A DNA stretch of 64,000 nucleotides from Epiperipatus broadwayi (lineage: Eukaryota; Animalia; Onychophora), in contig JAQFVV010000003.1 in assembly GCA_028023455.1 (NCBI GenBank), forward strand, positions 22,692,001 through 22,756,000. Direction: 5' to 3'. Positions 25,606-39,300 of this stretch are shown in pieces. The translations under genes and the position numbers were made by a program. Position 1 is the stretch's first letter; every line of letters begins with the position of its first letter. The notes beneath the pieces were generated by a model. That model worked only from the letters and a program-made list of their open reading frames with translations. It had not been told where the DNA came from and ran no database searches.

Positions 25606-28600
25606 TATAAATACCAAAAACACTTATTCTTTAATCCTATTGGTTTTCTGAAACACTAATTACAAATAATGAGGTGCATTCAATTTTAGAATCTTGCAGA
25701 AAAAAGAATGGTTCTGCTGCTATCAGGATTCTATGCCAATCCAAGTTTGCTGTTTTCCAAAAAAAGTATGGTAATAACACTTTTATAATTACCAATAAAC
25801 TCACCATATGTTGCAAAAAAATACAAATACATCAATTATTGTTGTCATACATATAATTCAAACCATATAGACACTCTGTACAAGTTAAAAAGTCAGCTAT
25901 CGACTTGATTATCCATTGATAAACTTAAAAATAAGGTGGTCTATTTAGAAAGCCAATACATATATATGTATATGTACAGATGAAAAAAATCTATTATTAA
26001 TTTTTAAAAATCCAGTAGTACATATATACATGCACGTCCTTAAAAGATTTTAATCAAAGGAATACATTCGTAGGATTAAGATGGATAAAGTATTTCACTT
26101 ATTTTGAAATTACTTTAAAAGGAAAGAAATCCACCAGATATTATATGTTCCAGATAAAGTTGAAAAAATAATTGTCATTTTTAAATTAATCCAGAAGAAA
26201 AAAAAACTTGGAATAAATTGTCTAGTTAAATTGCATATTAGTGAAACAATGTTGATTTGACAATATCTGTAATAAATAATTATTAGGAAATCTCAAAAAA
26301 AAATTGAAACTTATTTAAAAAAATAAAACATTTAATATGATCATTTCAGTAAAAGTTATAGTCTGGAAAAAAGTACTAATCCTATAAATGTCATAAGAGA
26401 AATACAAGATTGAAATAGACTTCCCTTGAATTAAAAGTTTTAAAAGTTTATTTAAATTTTCATTTATATATAAACAATTTCAAAGTTTACTAGAAGCAGA
26501 ATAAAAGTATGTAAACATGAAATTGATTAAATACACATGCATAAATTAAGATTTTCAGTGAAGCATCTACAACCAGATTATATCAGATGATAATTGATAT
26601 CAAGTATTAAATAATAGTCTTAAATTATTAATTTTATTATGTAAACACATATATACAAAATATTTTCAAAAAAATAATTTCAGTCTATGATTTGAAAGGT
26701 GGATTAATAAATTAATCAACTGACACACATTTTGTCAAATGCATGTGAATATATGTGTATAAATTTAGATCTGAGCATTAGCAATTAATATATATATATA
26801 TACACCAGATAAACAATCACTTAAATCACATTGTTACAGTTATTATTTCCAAATATTTAATAACTTAATGTTTATTTTCACATCAATATTTATTTTGTGT
26901 GTTTGTTATTAGCCTATTTTACTATTCATTAACTAATAAAATTGTTAATTATTACTTTTAATTATAATAATAAATTTATTCAAATAACAAATACTTGTTT
27001 TATAATATTCATGTATTTGGCAAATTATCTATATTTATATGGAATGAAGCACCAGATAATGCTAATGAAATATTGGGGTATGTGTTTATGAATAGATTCT
27101 ATATAATTCTCTTAGAAATTATATGAAGACCTAAGAATATGAATTACATTAAACAATGATGATACTGTAGCATTACTAAGAGTCACTTTTCAAGTCCATA
27201 CTTATATATAAGGAAATTAATTGGTTGCTTGACATACATAATATTCATGAAGCTGTATTATATTATTATAATTTTATTTATATCTATTGCAAATATGATA
27301 TCAACATGGGTCTGAGCATAATCATTATTATTATCACAATTAATTATTTTATTTAGTTCATATTGATTTCACTGCATAAATAAATGGCGTGCCAATTTAG
27401 AGTATAATATGCCCATATGCCAAAGATAATAGAGGTGGTAATCATAGTAAGAAGAGTAACAGTACATATACATCATGCCTTTAATTTAATGATACAAATA
27501 TTAGCCCAACATTTTTTAAGGCTTGATCAACATAACTTTAATGATCATTACATTCTTCTGGTATTTAAATTTATTTACATTGTTTTAGGAAATTGTTTTT
27601 GTTGCAATATGTGTGTTGTTTTATACACAGAAAATAATTTATCTAATAAAGTAGCTATATATAATATATCTAAATGGTAAAAATAGCTTAAATTCATTTT
27701 GTTACTTATTAAAATATATCTATGTTCATAATCCAATAATTTCATTGTTGGTCTTTAAGCATCAGAAGTAAAAAGTAGATCTTCAATCCAAAAATCTTCA
27801 GGTTGTTTTTAAAAATAAAATATATATAGTGTACCCTACCGGACAACCACCTACTGACTTCTTCTAGCTCAGCCAAGTTAATACATAAAAATTCTAGTGA
27901 TGCATATCTAACATATATTACACTAGTCCTAATAAAATGTTTACAGTAAAACATTAATAATCATGAGACTAGCTATTTAAATCGTCCAGAAAGATACCTC
28001 CCTTTTTTAACATTAAGCATATATCAAAAATATATTCTCAATAGCATAGGGATATCACCATACAATACACCATTAAAATATTAATGATATTCCCATGTCT
28101 CACAATTAAGATAAACCCTTTATATTTAATAATAAAATTTCTAAATTGAATTTAACAATAATACCATATTATATCCATTTATCTAATAAAGTAATTATCT
28201 CTCTCTTTTATTAACATTTTATAACTTAATTAATAACTCAGGTAATTATTATTATTTCTTAAAATTAATTGATATAACTAAATATAAAGAGTTTTTTTTT
28301 TATGTACATCCAGCTATATTTAAAATAATAATTAAACTAATAAACTCATTAATTCTTCCTTTTAAAAACATTAACTATTCTACTTATAAAATTTGATGAC
28401 AACTAATTAAAATTATGAACTAATAATAATCACTATTTATTATCATAAACAAATTCAAAATAATTTCTTATTACTATATATTATAATCTAATCATTTTAT
28501 TTTGATATGGCATTCTAGATAATCATTGAGTCAGATAAAGAAAAATTTACATTACTTAATTTTTAGATTCAATATCAGATATCTTTAACAATCACAATAG

Positions 28601-31600
28601 ATTTATTATTTTATTTAGATTATGTGCCATAATACCCAAATATATTTAATTACTATAATGCATGTGTGGTTAGGATGATGCATAATGACTTAGAAATAAC
28701 AAGAAAAGAGACTCTCAACACTTTGTTACTTATAAAACCACATTAACAGTTTATTATAACAGTAATACAAAATTTAAGAAAAAAAATTACAAATCCTTTT
28801 ATTTATAAAAAAATAAGTATTTAACACAGAAATTTACAAAATTAACATTTAAAAAAAAATACTTATAAGATAAGTAAATAATTTGCACTCTGCTTTAAAA
28901 TTATTTATGATTATAATATAGTATTTTTCATACTTACTTTTGTGATATTAAGATGCACCTTAATAAATCCATACTAAAACATATCAATAACATAGACAAC
29001 TTATACATTATCATATTGTACCTAGTTCTAAATATATTGTTATCATCATTACTTTACTCTTAATTGTTTATAATATTATATCCTAATCATATAGACTACT
29101 CTATGTTTATTCTTAATTATAAAATAAACATACAACTATTCAAATATTAATTATGATATCACAATCAGGTTTTATTTCCATCATCAGATGAATGTTTTAT
29201 TATGAAAATCGAAGATAGGACAAAGTACCAATGAGGGACAGCAAGAAGCATTTTTTTGTAGTAACTTCAACATTCATTCTATAATTTGAACTCTAAAATT
29301 TAATATAATAAACAGTCATAAAATCTTTATTTATACACTCTTTTAATATTTTGTTTGTTCCACATTTCACTCTTTTTGCACTAAATGAATTATCTTGTCA
29401 TCATTTATATTATTCTTTGCTCAACTATACAATTCTCTAATACAATGTAGTTACCAGTGTGATTTTAGTGATTATAAGTGGGGGATGGACATCTTATAAT
29501 GATATCATGGATATGTAAGACCACATTTTCTTGTGTCTACATTAATTTCTATCTTAACTTCTCTTTTAAACTCTATTAGATTTTCAAAAAATGCTATTGT
29601 CCATGAATAACAAATGAACTAACTTAGTTTGACTGTATTATACCAAATATTAATAACACATTCCTATCATTACAGGATTTCCCAATAAACTACTTCCCAG
29701 AACCACTGATTGTCTAACAACACACTATAAATCCTAAAAACATCAGATAAATATCAAACTTTTTTTTTAATAATATCCAAACTTCTTAACATTTCATACT
29801 TTGGACATACCAAGAAGATTAAAATAAAAACAAATAAATAGTTTATGATATAAAACTTATTATAAGCATACATAGTTATTTTTAACTTGTTCAGAGATCA
29901 ATTATACATACATTATATAATCATATGCAGATTATAACTATATTTACACTTCTATAATTTATCTGTACATGAATATATACAAAATAAATATTATACATAT
30001 TTATTTTATCTGATTTTTGGTTTAAATAATCTAATACCAATATCTTATGCTAAAAAATAGTAAATTAAAGTTAACTTAATCATAATATTTTTATAATTAT
30101 TATTGATGGCCTGTTGGTTGATATAACTTCTTGAAGTTATAAAATAATAATAAAAAAAAAAGAAAAATTTTAATATTTCTTTTCTCTTTTTTTCCTATAG
30201 CAAAAAGTTTTAACATATTTAAATTTTAAAACTAATAAAATATGAATAAATAATTTTAAATAACTAATATTAACTTAAAGACAGTAAGTAGTTCATATTA
30301 AAGTAATAAAATAAAGTTTTCTTCCATTATGTGCAGTGAATAAAATATTTTCAAAGGGAAAACCTGTTTTCTATGATGACCAGTTTACTTGAACAATTTT
30401 TTCTCCTTCTCCCCCTCCGTGCTTTTTCTCTGTTGTTTAACTTGCATGAAAACATGAAGAAAATCCAAAAAATGTTAATTATCAAGAACAATAAAAAAAT
30501 TATTGGAATAAAAGTTCATTCTTCTTATATCACTGATAAAATATTCCTCCATGTTAAATAAATAGGTATTTAAATATTTAATCATAACATTTATTAAATT
30601 TTAAAAATTTCATTTCTCTCAGCTTTAAAATATTTACTGTAGAATTAAAAATTTTAAAGTTTTCCTCCATATCATTCACATTTAACATGTTAATTCCAGT
30701 AATGGTTGTTAGTAACATTATAAAGTTCTAGAGTTTTTCTCCTGAATAATCCATATTTATCATGTTAAAACAATTACAATTATTACTTAAATGGAATGAC
30801 AGTTAATAGATACATTTTTACTAAAAAAATTAGTAAGTACTATATTTGTTTCCTTCTTAAAGTTATTATCATTCTGCTAAAATCACTAATACATTCATAT
30901 CAGGAAAAATTAATAATTTTACAGAATAAAAGCTATTATCTTTATCACTGATATATTATTAAAATTAATAGAAAATGTTCTCTATCATTCAGCATACTAA
31001 AATTAATAATGATAAATCCTTATATATCCTTCGCATTGTTCTGTAGGCAAAATGGTTGAATATTCTGCAAAGATTTTTAACCAAATACATTTTTATCTTC
31101 TGAAATATACTATTCCCTTCCAGTTTATAGTTGGCTCCTATAGGTGAGATCAACTTGATTATCTATTCCATAGTCAAATTAGCACATAAACTTCTTAAGA
31201 CACTTTCCATGTTCTTGCAAGTTATTGTTACTACTTTTTAAAGTCAAAATAATAAAATTATAATAAATTTAGATTTAATATTTAAAAAACAAAAAGAATA
31301 CAGCTTTATTCCTCTGGAATTTTCTTGATTTCACCCTCTTTCACACCTGCTCATCTATATTTATAGGAAAAATCTTCCAATACCTGATTGGTTAATTAAT
31401 CCCGGACACTTTCTAAAATTTACATATCAATTGTTTTTTACTCTTTTAAAATGATTTTATAAATAAGATTATTAAATAATATAATTTTATTAAATTTTAT
31501 TTTAATGCAACATTTAAATGTAATCTTTTAATAAAAAACACTTTTTGTTTCAACTTAAAATTTGATACATAAAATTTATCATTTATGTTAAGATAACTAT

Positions 31601-32152
31601 TAATTTTAAATACTTTTTCATGAAATTGATACAGTTTAATAAAATATAATATTCATTATTTAAACAAATAATAAATCAAGTTTAGAACAAGAAAGTAAAA
31701 TTTAATTAATTATTAAAGGAATGTGTGTATGCACACTTATTACCATACCTCATTCTTCATTTATTTTATCATTATTATTATTTTTTAATTTGACTGTTAA
31801 TAAATTCTAAGACATTAACTATAATCATTATAACTACTGCCTAAAACTATCTTATGTAATTTTAATTATTACTCACCTTTATCTTAAAATAAATAATACT
31901 TTATATTTCCATTTTATAACTTAAATAAATTAAAGTGATTTAAAAAAACTAATTTAAGTTTACTATTGAGAAAACAGTGTACCTTAACCTATTCCATCGA
32001 TTAAATAATAAGTTGTTGCTAGCTAATATATAAAATTTAAAATTTCTATGAAAATTGACTATTATTTACAACAATATAATAATATAATAAAATAAAAAAG
32101 CTACAATATATATATAAACAAAGGGGAGGGGAATCAAGCATTCCCCCAGTTT

Positions 32153-32493
32153 TATGCATTAAAGGCACTCTTAACTGTTGAACAAAGGATCAAGAATAGA
32201 ATGATTCCATCTATTCTTGGAAGCTCTCTGATATTTACAAGCATACCTTTGTCAACATTGTTGGTTATTCATAATGAAATTAATTTATCAGCCACAATAA
32301 ATATGGCACTTAAGAGTTATTAATAGTCATAATTATTTGTAGTCATCTTTTATCTAGCTGATAAATTCTTTTCACATTGAATTACCATCAATATTGACAA
32401 AGGTATGCTTATAAACATCAGAACAACAAAGAATAGGTGGATTCATTCTATCTTTGATCCTTTGTTCAACATTTAGAGTGCTTTTAATTCATA
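32153..32493. mobile_element. Palindromic MITE-like element (~140-bp arms, ~65-bp spacer)
   Basis: GCACTCT..TGTTGAACAAAGGATCAA.ATAGAATGA.TCCA.CTATTCTT..CTGAT.TTTA.AAGCATACCTTTGTCAA.ATTG..AATTTATCAGC is mirrored on the opposite arm; TA at both ends. Confidence 0.8.
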
Positions 32494-33879
32494 GCCTAGG
32501 AGAAGGAGGATGATTTACTCTCTTTATTTACATATACATTGAGCTATGTTTAATTTAAAGTTTACATATATATGTAACACAATATTATATATGCTTCACA
32601 TGTATATTTTATACTCTTTAAAATGTATGATCAATTCTTCATTCAAAAGTAAAAATGTATTACTGCAGCACTTGATCATCTTCATTAACAATTAACCATC
32701 ACTTACCATTCAAAATTTTTAACAATTTCTTTTAGCATCTCAATATTAAAGTTTCACTGTAGCATGCATTTTAATAATATATCATTAAAATACATACTTT
32801 AATTTTAATTATAATTTAATTAAATTTTAAATTGAATATCACACTTCATAGCAGTTTAATTAAATTGTAATATTCATTATTTTTTAAAAAAACAGGCAAA
32901 AAATGCAAATATAATTATTTAACAGATAAAACTTTTAAATAAATTTAAGTTACAATTCTATTTTAAAGAACTTGTATATTTTTTAAAACTGGATAAACAT
33001 TAAATATGTAAACACAGTTGTGTAAAAGTACATACATGTGTGTGTTTGTCTACTATATAAACATTAAGAATTTTTAGCTTCACTTCCATGCCTACAAGCT
33101 AGATTTTAATCTAGGCTGAATAAATTTAGCATTTTTTTTTCAACAGGTTTAATATTGTTTTTTTCCAGGTAAATGGATCATAGCATAATCAGCTAGAATC
33201 ATTCAATACTAGTTGATAAGTAAGTATTTAGTTAATCTTATAAGATAATAAATAAAACATGGATAGAAAACTTTTCAAATCGCCACTAGTTGGCAACTGG
33301 AAATTCTACTACTTCTTTATGTGAAGCTGTTGAAAATATCTTTGCTCTGAAGTAGACTATGTAGAAATTATTTTACCTTAATATTGAAGCAGATGGATCT
33401 GTAGGCCAGATCCATGCTTCACATCTTTCTAGATTACTAGACAAGGATCAAACCTGGTCCACACGTGTTGTGATGTTTGTAAAACTTTCCGTCTGCCATT
33501 TTATCTACATTTAAATTTTAGGCCAGTAAATACGTTATTAAAGTATTAATTTTCTATTAAAATGTTTTACTATAAATATTAGAGGGGCCCAGTTAGATTT
33601 ATATATAAGCAAATACATATATAGAATTACTGGTGGAGACTTTTATAAAAATCAATATATAAATTTTTAATATGCTATTTTTTTTTTTAAGTATTTTATC
33701 CTGGAGATTTGCTTTCAAGATAAACCTTACTAATATTCCTTTCAAACAAAAGAAAATCCATTAACAAAATGGTAATGAATTTTCTAATTAAAGTAAAATT
33801 AAAATAAAAAAGATTATTTGAAATATAAATTCTGCAAATGTACATTTAATTAAAAATAGATTTGAAACAATTAAATCAT

Positions 33880-36170
33880 TGGGTTTATCGCGAAAGTTGA
33901 TCTCAAGAATACAATACCAATATACTTTAGGTATTCTAGCATTGTCACTTAGCCTGGAGCATATGAAAAAGGGAATTTCCCAATAACAGTTAAAAAAAGT
34001 ATAAATAGCCAAAGAGAACAATAGAAGCCAGTCCAATCTCAGGTTTTGTCAGCCATTGCCGGGAACCAAAATTTTAAAATAATGATATAAATGTCTGAAA
34101 GCATGATAGTTGGGTAGACGGGTTTTAACTCGCCAGCTCCCATTGTCCCAAAGATGATCGCCCAATACGTCATGCCAGAGAAAATTCATCAAAATAAACT
34201 GTTGAACTCTTTATTCAATTCATAGCTAGCTATGCCTGTGTGGAAATTCACCATTGTGAGATTCCAACTTCCACTTGGACTCTAATAAATTAGGTAATAC
34301 GCTTCAAATTTGTTATTTCTAACCGCCTAATTTATTCTTCTAAACTCCAGTGAAATATGTAACTCCTGCTAATTGTAATGTCTTCTAAAGTGTAATTTAA
34401 AATATTTAATTTAATAGTCTGTAAACTACACTTGCTATTACTCAAAATCTAATGTCTTTGCTCTCTTTCTATCTGTTTTAAAATTATGCCTCTTTTTAAT
34501 GCTAAACTTCCTTCTAATTGCGGTTTAGAAAATATTATTATTAATTACTTGAAATGAATATATACCAATTTTGTTACATCTCGACAAAAGCTTTACTTAA
34601 ATAAATAGTCGCTGCTATTTCCCGACCAATGTTTGTCGGTAAATAAATAATTTTCTAGCTCTGAAAGATTAATACTTGGAGCCACCTTTATTTTGTCGAG
34701 GTGAAACCTATACTATTATGTTTTTTTTATATTTATATGTACATGATTTAGTTGTGGGGAGATGCGAGATTCAAGTATAAGTTTATTTAGTTAAATTATT
34801 TCATTTTTAAAGAGTGAAAGGGAGGGGGGGGTTAAAAATTTAGATTCGTGTTAAATAATAAGAGAGAAATAGAATGTCATTTGAAATGTTAGTGGAATTT
34901 TGTGTTGAAGGGAGAGACATGTCTCTCATAGTTGTATTCGTAATAATAATTAATACTTATTTGATTCTTGTTGCTCTGATCTTGATCAATCCGTATAAAT
35001 TTATTTTAATCTTTATAGCTCAGCACAATTATATAATTAAATGTTAAAATATATTATCCAATACTCGTATTTTGCCTTGCTGGTATTTTGCTTAATTGCT
35101 TGTCTTTTGTTTTTGTAACTGCTAGATCATAACTAAAACCACGTGATAATTTCACTGACAATAAATTTCTTATCAGGATATGAAAGCTAAAATGGGAAGA
35201 ACCTGGGCAAGCGGAGCTTAGCTAGCCTTGGCAATTCTCATTCTTTCACCTGAAATATCTTAGGTTTGCCATGGCGCAGATATTCTTTTCTTCATTTCTT
35301 GGAGTCACGGGTACCGGGCAGAAATTGAGTCTATGCTAGTAATGTAATATCGAATACTGAAATTTGTTCATTTTTCTTTGTCTGAGCACATTATGGCGGA
35401 TTGACCATGAACTGATTATACGTATTTAAAATCTTGAAATATTTAATTGCGAATATCGCGATCCATTTATATTTTAAATGTGTCACTCTCTCCGACACCA
35501 ATCCCTATAGTTTGAGTTAATCATTTCTCTCTTAAAATAAAATCAGTCATGATAAAATTATGTTTAAAATAATTCTTTAAAATATTTATTCCTATATCTC
35601 AGACTTGGGCTGGCGTCTCCCACAAATCGATAATCGTTTACATTTGTTACATTGGCATATAAACTATACCGCTCTCTTGCCAGAGGCATAATAAATAACA
35701 GAAAAGAAATTTGTGTTAACTAATTTTATAAAATCAAATAAGAGACATTAGATAAATTATCAAAATGTTTTATTAAATATATATTTGTGAATTTAAGCTA
35801 CCTGTGGTTCGTCTCTATTTCTTCATTCTAAAATTAGTATTTTTTATTAATTATTGTGCTACTATCTGATGACTCAAGGTGACACACATACCATTTTATA
35901 TTTAAATAAATAGATAGTCTCATTAAAGTTAGGAATTAGACATACGAATTAGTTGAGATCTATGCTCTACCGTTGATGCTAGTGGGACAGAGTGTGAAAA
36001 AGATTAATTGCTTGCCTCGAAAATGTTAATTAATTTGCAGATTAGAGAGTGGGTAAACAGGGCAGAATCCATAAGTATTCTTTATCTTTGATCTCTCATA
36101 GGGTTGGATTCGAGGTACTTTTACCCAGGCTGTGAATCGTGTTGAGATTAACATACAATTCCGACCAGTA
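33880..36170. promoter_or_regulatory. CpG-rich, putatively unmethylated promoter-like domain
   Basis: Roughly 45 CpGs in ~2.3 kb by eye, against about a dozen in the preceding ~7.7 kb. Contains E-box CACGTG (35140-35145), ATGGCG motifs (35271, ~35393) and a DRE-like ATCGATA (~35627). Confidence 0.55.
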
Positions 36171-37099
36171 CAATATAAGCAAATTTTTTAATATGGGTAA
36201 TAAATGAATTTGAAAAAATGGCAGTGTAAGTAATACATTTTTTACTATGACTCATAATACATGAAAAATATTGACAAATCATTTTACAGCATTCATGCAC
36301 TTCAGGAATAACTTTCTTTATCATCTGCCTTAGGACATTGTCAACAATCTACACAAATATAATAGCTGCATGATTTACTACTGTAATGGTGACTGATTTT
36401 CAAAGTATAAATATTTGATACTATGATTTCTTGTAAATTTGATTATTTCCACATGGTTACATATTAATCAAGGCAGAATCAGAATTAATATTATTAAAAA
36501 CCTTAATTAAAAACCCCAATAGTGAAATATTAATAAATAAGTTAAAGCACCTTGAATTAGATTTAAATAAATTAGAAAAGACATCCACTCCAATCATTAT
36601 ATGTAATACATTGTTTACTATGGTTGCATAGTAAAAAATATATAGCATTTCACTTATTTATATTTATTTAAAGTTATTAATCTATTTATTAAATATTGCT
36701 AATAATACATATTTAATTTATTTAATTAAAGAATGATTATCAACAATGTTTATAAAATTATAAAACATTAAATACACAAAAAAGAAAGATCAATTATCAC
36801 TACAATATATATACTATTCTTATATACTAAAAATATAAATTCAATGTAGTAATTTTATATTGGTTTTATTATGGTAACTCAAAAATAAAAATACGAATAA
36901 TAAAGACTCACTACTTTCTTTAATAAAAGCTAATATTTGAATAATTCCAGTCTTATAACAATGAGATTTTAAGTTATCATTTTTAGATTACAAAGGTACA
37001 ATGAGTAAAATGAAAAATAAACTTTCAAATAAACTTACATTTAAACATTGAAAACATTTTTCTGGAAAAAAAAAATCTATTAAAGAATTATCTTTCTTT

Positions 37100-37400
37100 T
37101 AAAAATCTATATTTTGCTGCCAAATATCAGTTATCTGCCAAACAGCAAGCATCACATAAATCTTAGATGTTGCTCTAAATCCTATTTGTACATTTCTTAT
37201 TCCTGTAAATCTTTTAGCTCTCCCAATCCTCTACTTTTAATACATAAAATTCATTTTCCATACCTATCCTCGTTGAAATCTCTAGCTCAAAACCTTTAGA
37301 CTTGTCTCTTTTTTCTAATCATCCAAATCTTTTCTTTTTGCATTCAAAACAAAAGCTTTAATAGATTTCTGACTTAAATCTAATTTCAACAGATCACAAA
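37100..37400 (-). mobile_element. Decayed LINE C-terminal fragment
   Basis: Purine-rich minus strand with broken reading (IKAFV..KDLDD*K..TSLKV) resembling the LINE at 44.8-45.4 kb. Confidence 0.35.
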
Positions 37401-38559
37401 TTCTCATTAAATAAAAAAGTTTATCCACTGATAAAATAATAATTTTAAATCAACGATTTATTGCATTACATTTTTCTGAATGTTGCAGAAAAAAAATTAT
37501 ATAATTTTTAAAAAAATTCAATTTATTAAAAAAATTATTTAAAAAAAAGTAATTAGTTAAAACGGTGATGCCAACTGCATATATACCTACTCATTGATGA
37601 TGCTATTATCCATATTACCAAAGTAGACAAAAATAAGCTAATTGATGTTTCTTTTAAAAAATCAAGAAAAAAAAATCAAGAAAAAATAATTTATTTAGCA
37701 AACAAATAATAACTGAAATATTTTCAATAAGTGTAATCAATGCAAACATTTGTGAAAAATTTTAGTGGTGAGGATGGCAAGCTTAAATGAAGATAACTCA
37801 CAAAAAAAAAATGAACATAATATATGTTCAAAACATAAAAATAATATAATTTATTTAAAAAATAAACTTGAAAATAATAAATTTATTGAAGAAACAATGA
37901 CTGAAAAACAGATATTTTCAAAAAATGTTATCAATGTAAATGTTCTGGAAGAAAATAATATTAACCATCACCAGTAATTTAATTTATGTAATAATTGATT
38001 TAGTCATACTTACTGAAAATATTTGTTGTTTTTTAAATTGTTTGTTTTTCTAAATACATTACTTTCAAATTTGTTTTAATAAATTAAATTATTTTCATGA
38101 TTTAAGCATATATCATGCTTTGTTTTTGTTTTGCTTTTCCTTTATTTAAACCATTTGCCATCATTATTAATAAAATTTCTCATTAAATGTTTGCATTCAT
38201 CACACTTATTAAAAATATTTGTTTTTCAGTCATTGTATGCTCATTAAATACATTTAATCTCATTACTAATTGAATTTCTTCTCGATCACTAAATATATTA
38301 ATTTCAGTTTTACTTTCAAACATTATTTTCATAATTTTTATTGGTCATTCATTAGACTAGAGATTATCTTAATGAAATAATATTTCTGTAGTGTAATCTT
38401 CACTACACCATTCTCATGCAAGCTAGTGACTTATTAATTTATTCTCATTTACTTTGGTATATATGTGTTATCTCTACCAACAGATAATACATACATACAA
38501 CTAGCATCTCTTCTTATGAGAACATTTAATTCTTGGAGTTGAAAATGGCATTCAACTGA

Positions 38560-38720
38560 AGAGCCTTAGGTTGAGTCCAACAAATGCTTGTAATGTAGGT
38601 TATGTTATGAAGAGACCATAAGTTCATGAAGCAATTCACAAAACCCGAATGAGAGCTTTCATAAAAGAGTCCTACAAGCAGGAAAGAAAGCCAAACATAA
38701 AGGTCTTTTCTTTAAAGTGC
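38560..38720 (+). mobile_element. Possible relic of a Mutator-like DNA transposase
   Basis: Reading KCL*..SNSQNPNESFHKRV resembles the TQNPNESF motif I recall from arthropod Mutator-like transposases. Single short motif only. Confidence 0.3.
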
Positions 38721-39300
38721 AAAGGATAATAAAAACAGTACTGACAATGTAGAATTGAGATGTGCACAAAGATATTACAGTTAATTTGGTAAAATTTGTT
38801 TATTTAATTAATAAAAACCTACTATATAGTTATCAAACATTATGTAATTTTTTTTTTTTGATAAAGTAAAATCATAGATAAAGTATTTAACCATAGATTT
38901 TTTCATAATTATTTTTTTTCTTTGTGGGGCTACATAAAATAGTAAGTATGTGATATATATATATTCTTAACGATTTAATTATTTCATAGTTAAATGTGAC
39001 AATAAATATGTATATATACAGAAACATATATATATTAAAATTAAATTGAGACTGCAAATCTCTCAAGCGCTTATGCAGTCTCAATTTAATTTCAATACCG
39101 TCTGCGCTTTATAAAATAAATATTATTTACATATATATATGTGCGTGAATATACTAATAATTTTCTGTAATTTAATGTTATTGTATTATTTAATATTAGT
39201 TAATTATTATTAAATTCTGTTGTTGATTTAAATTATTTTCTAGTGTCCATATAATTTTTTATTCTTATTTATGCATCTCTTCTCTGATCATATTTATATA

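Noticed and set aside
33386-33432. GAAGCA..TGGATCTG-TAGGC-CAGATCCA-TGCTTC hairpin followed by CTAG as a Helitron 3' end
   Set aside because: CTAG is followed by A rather than T, no matching 5' TC end was identified, and the hairpin alone is insufficient.
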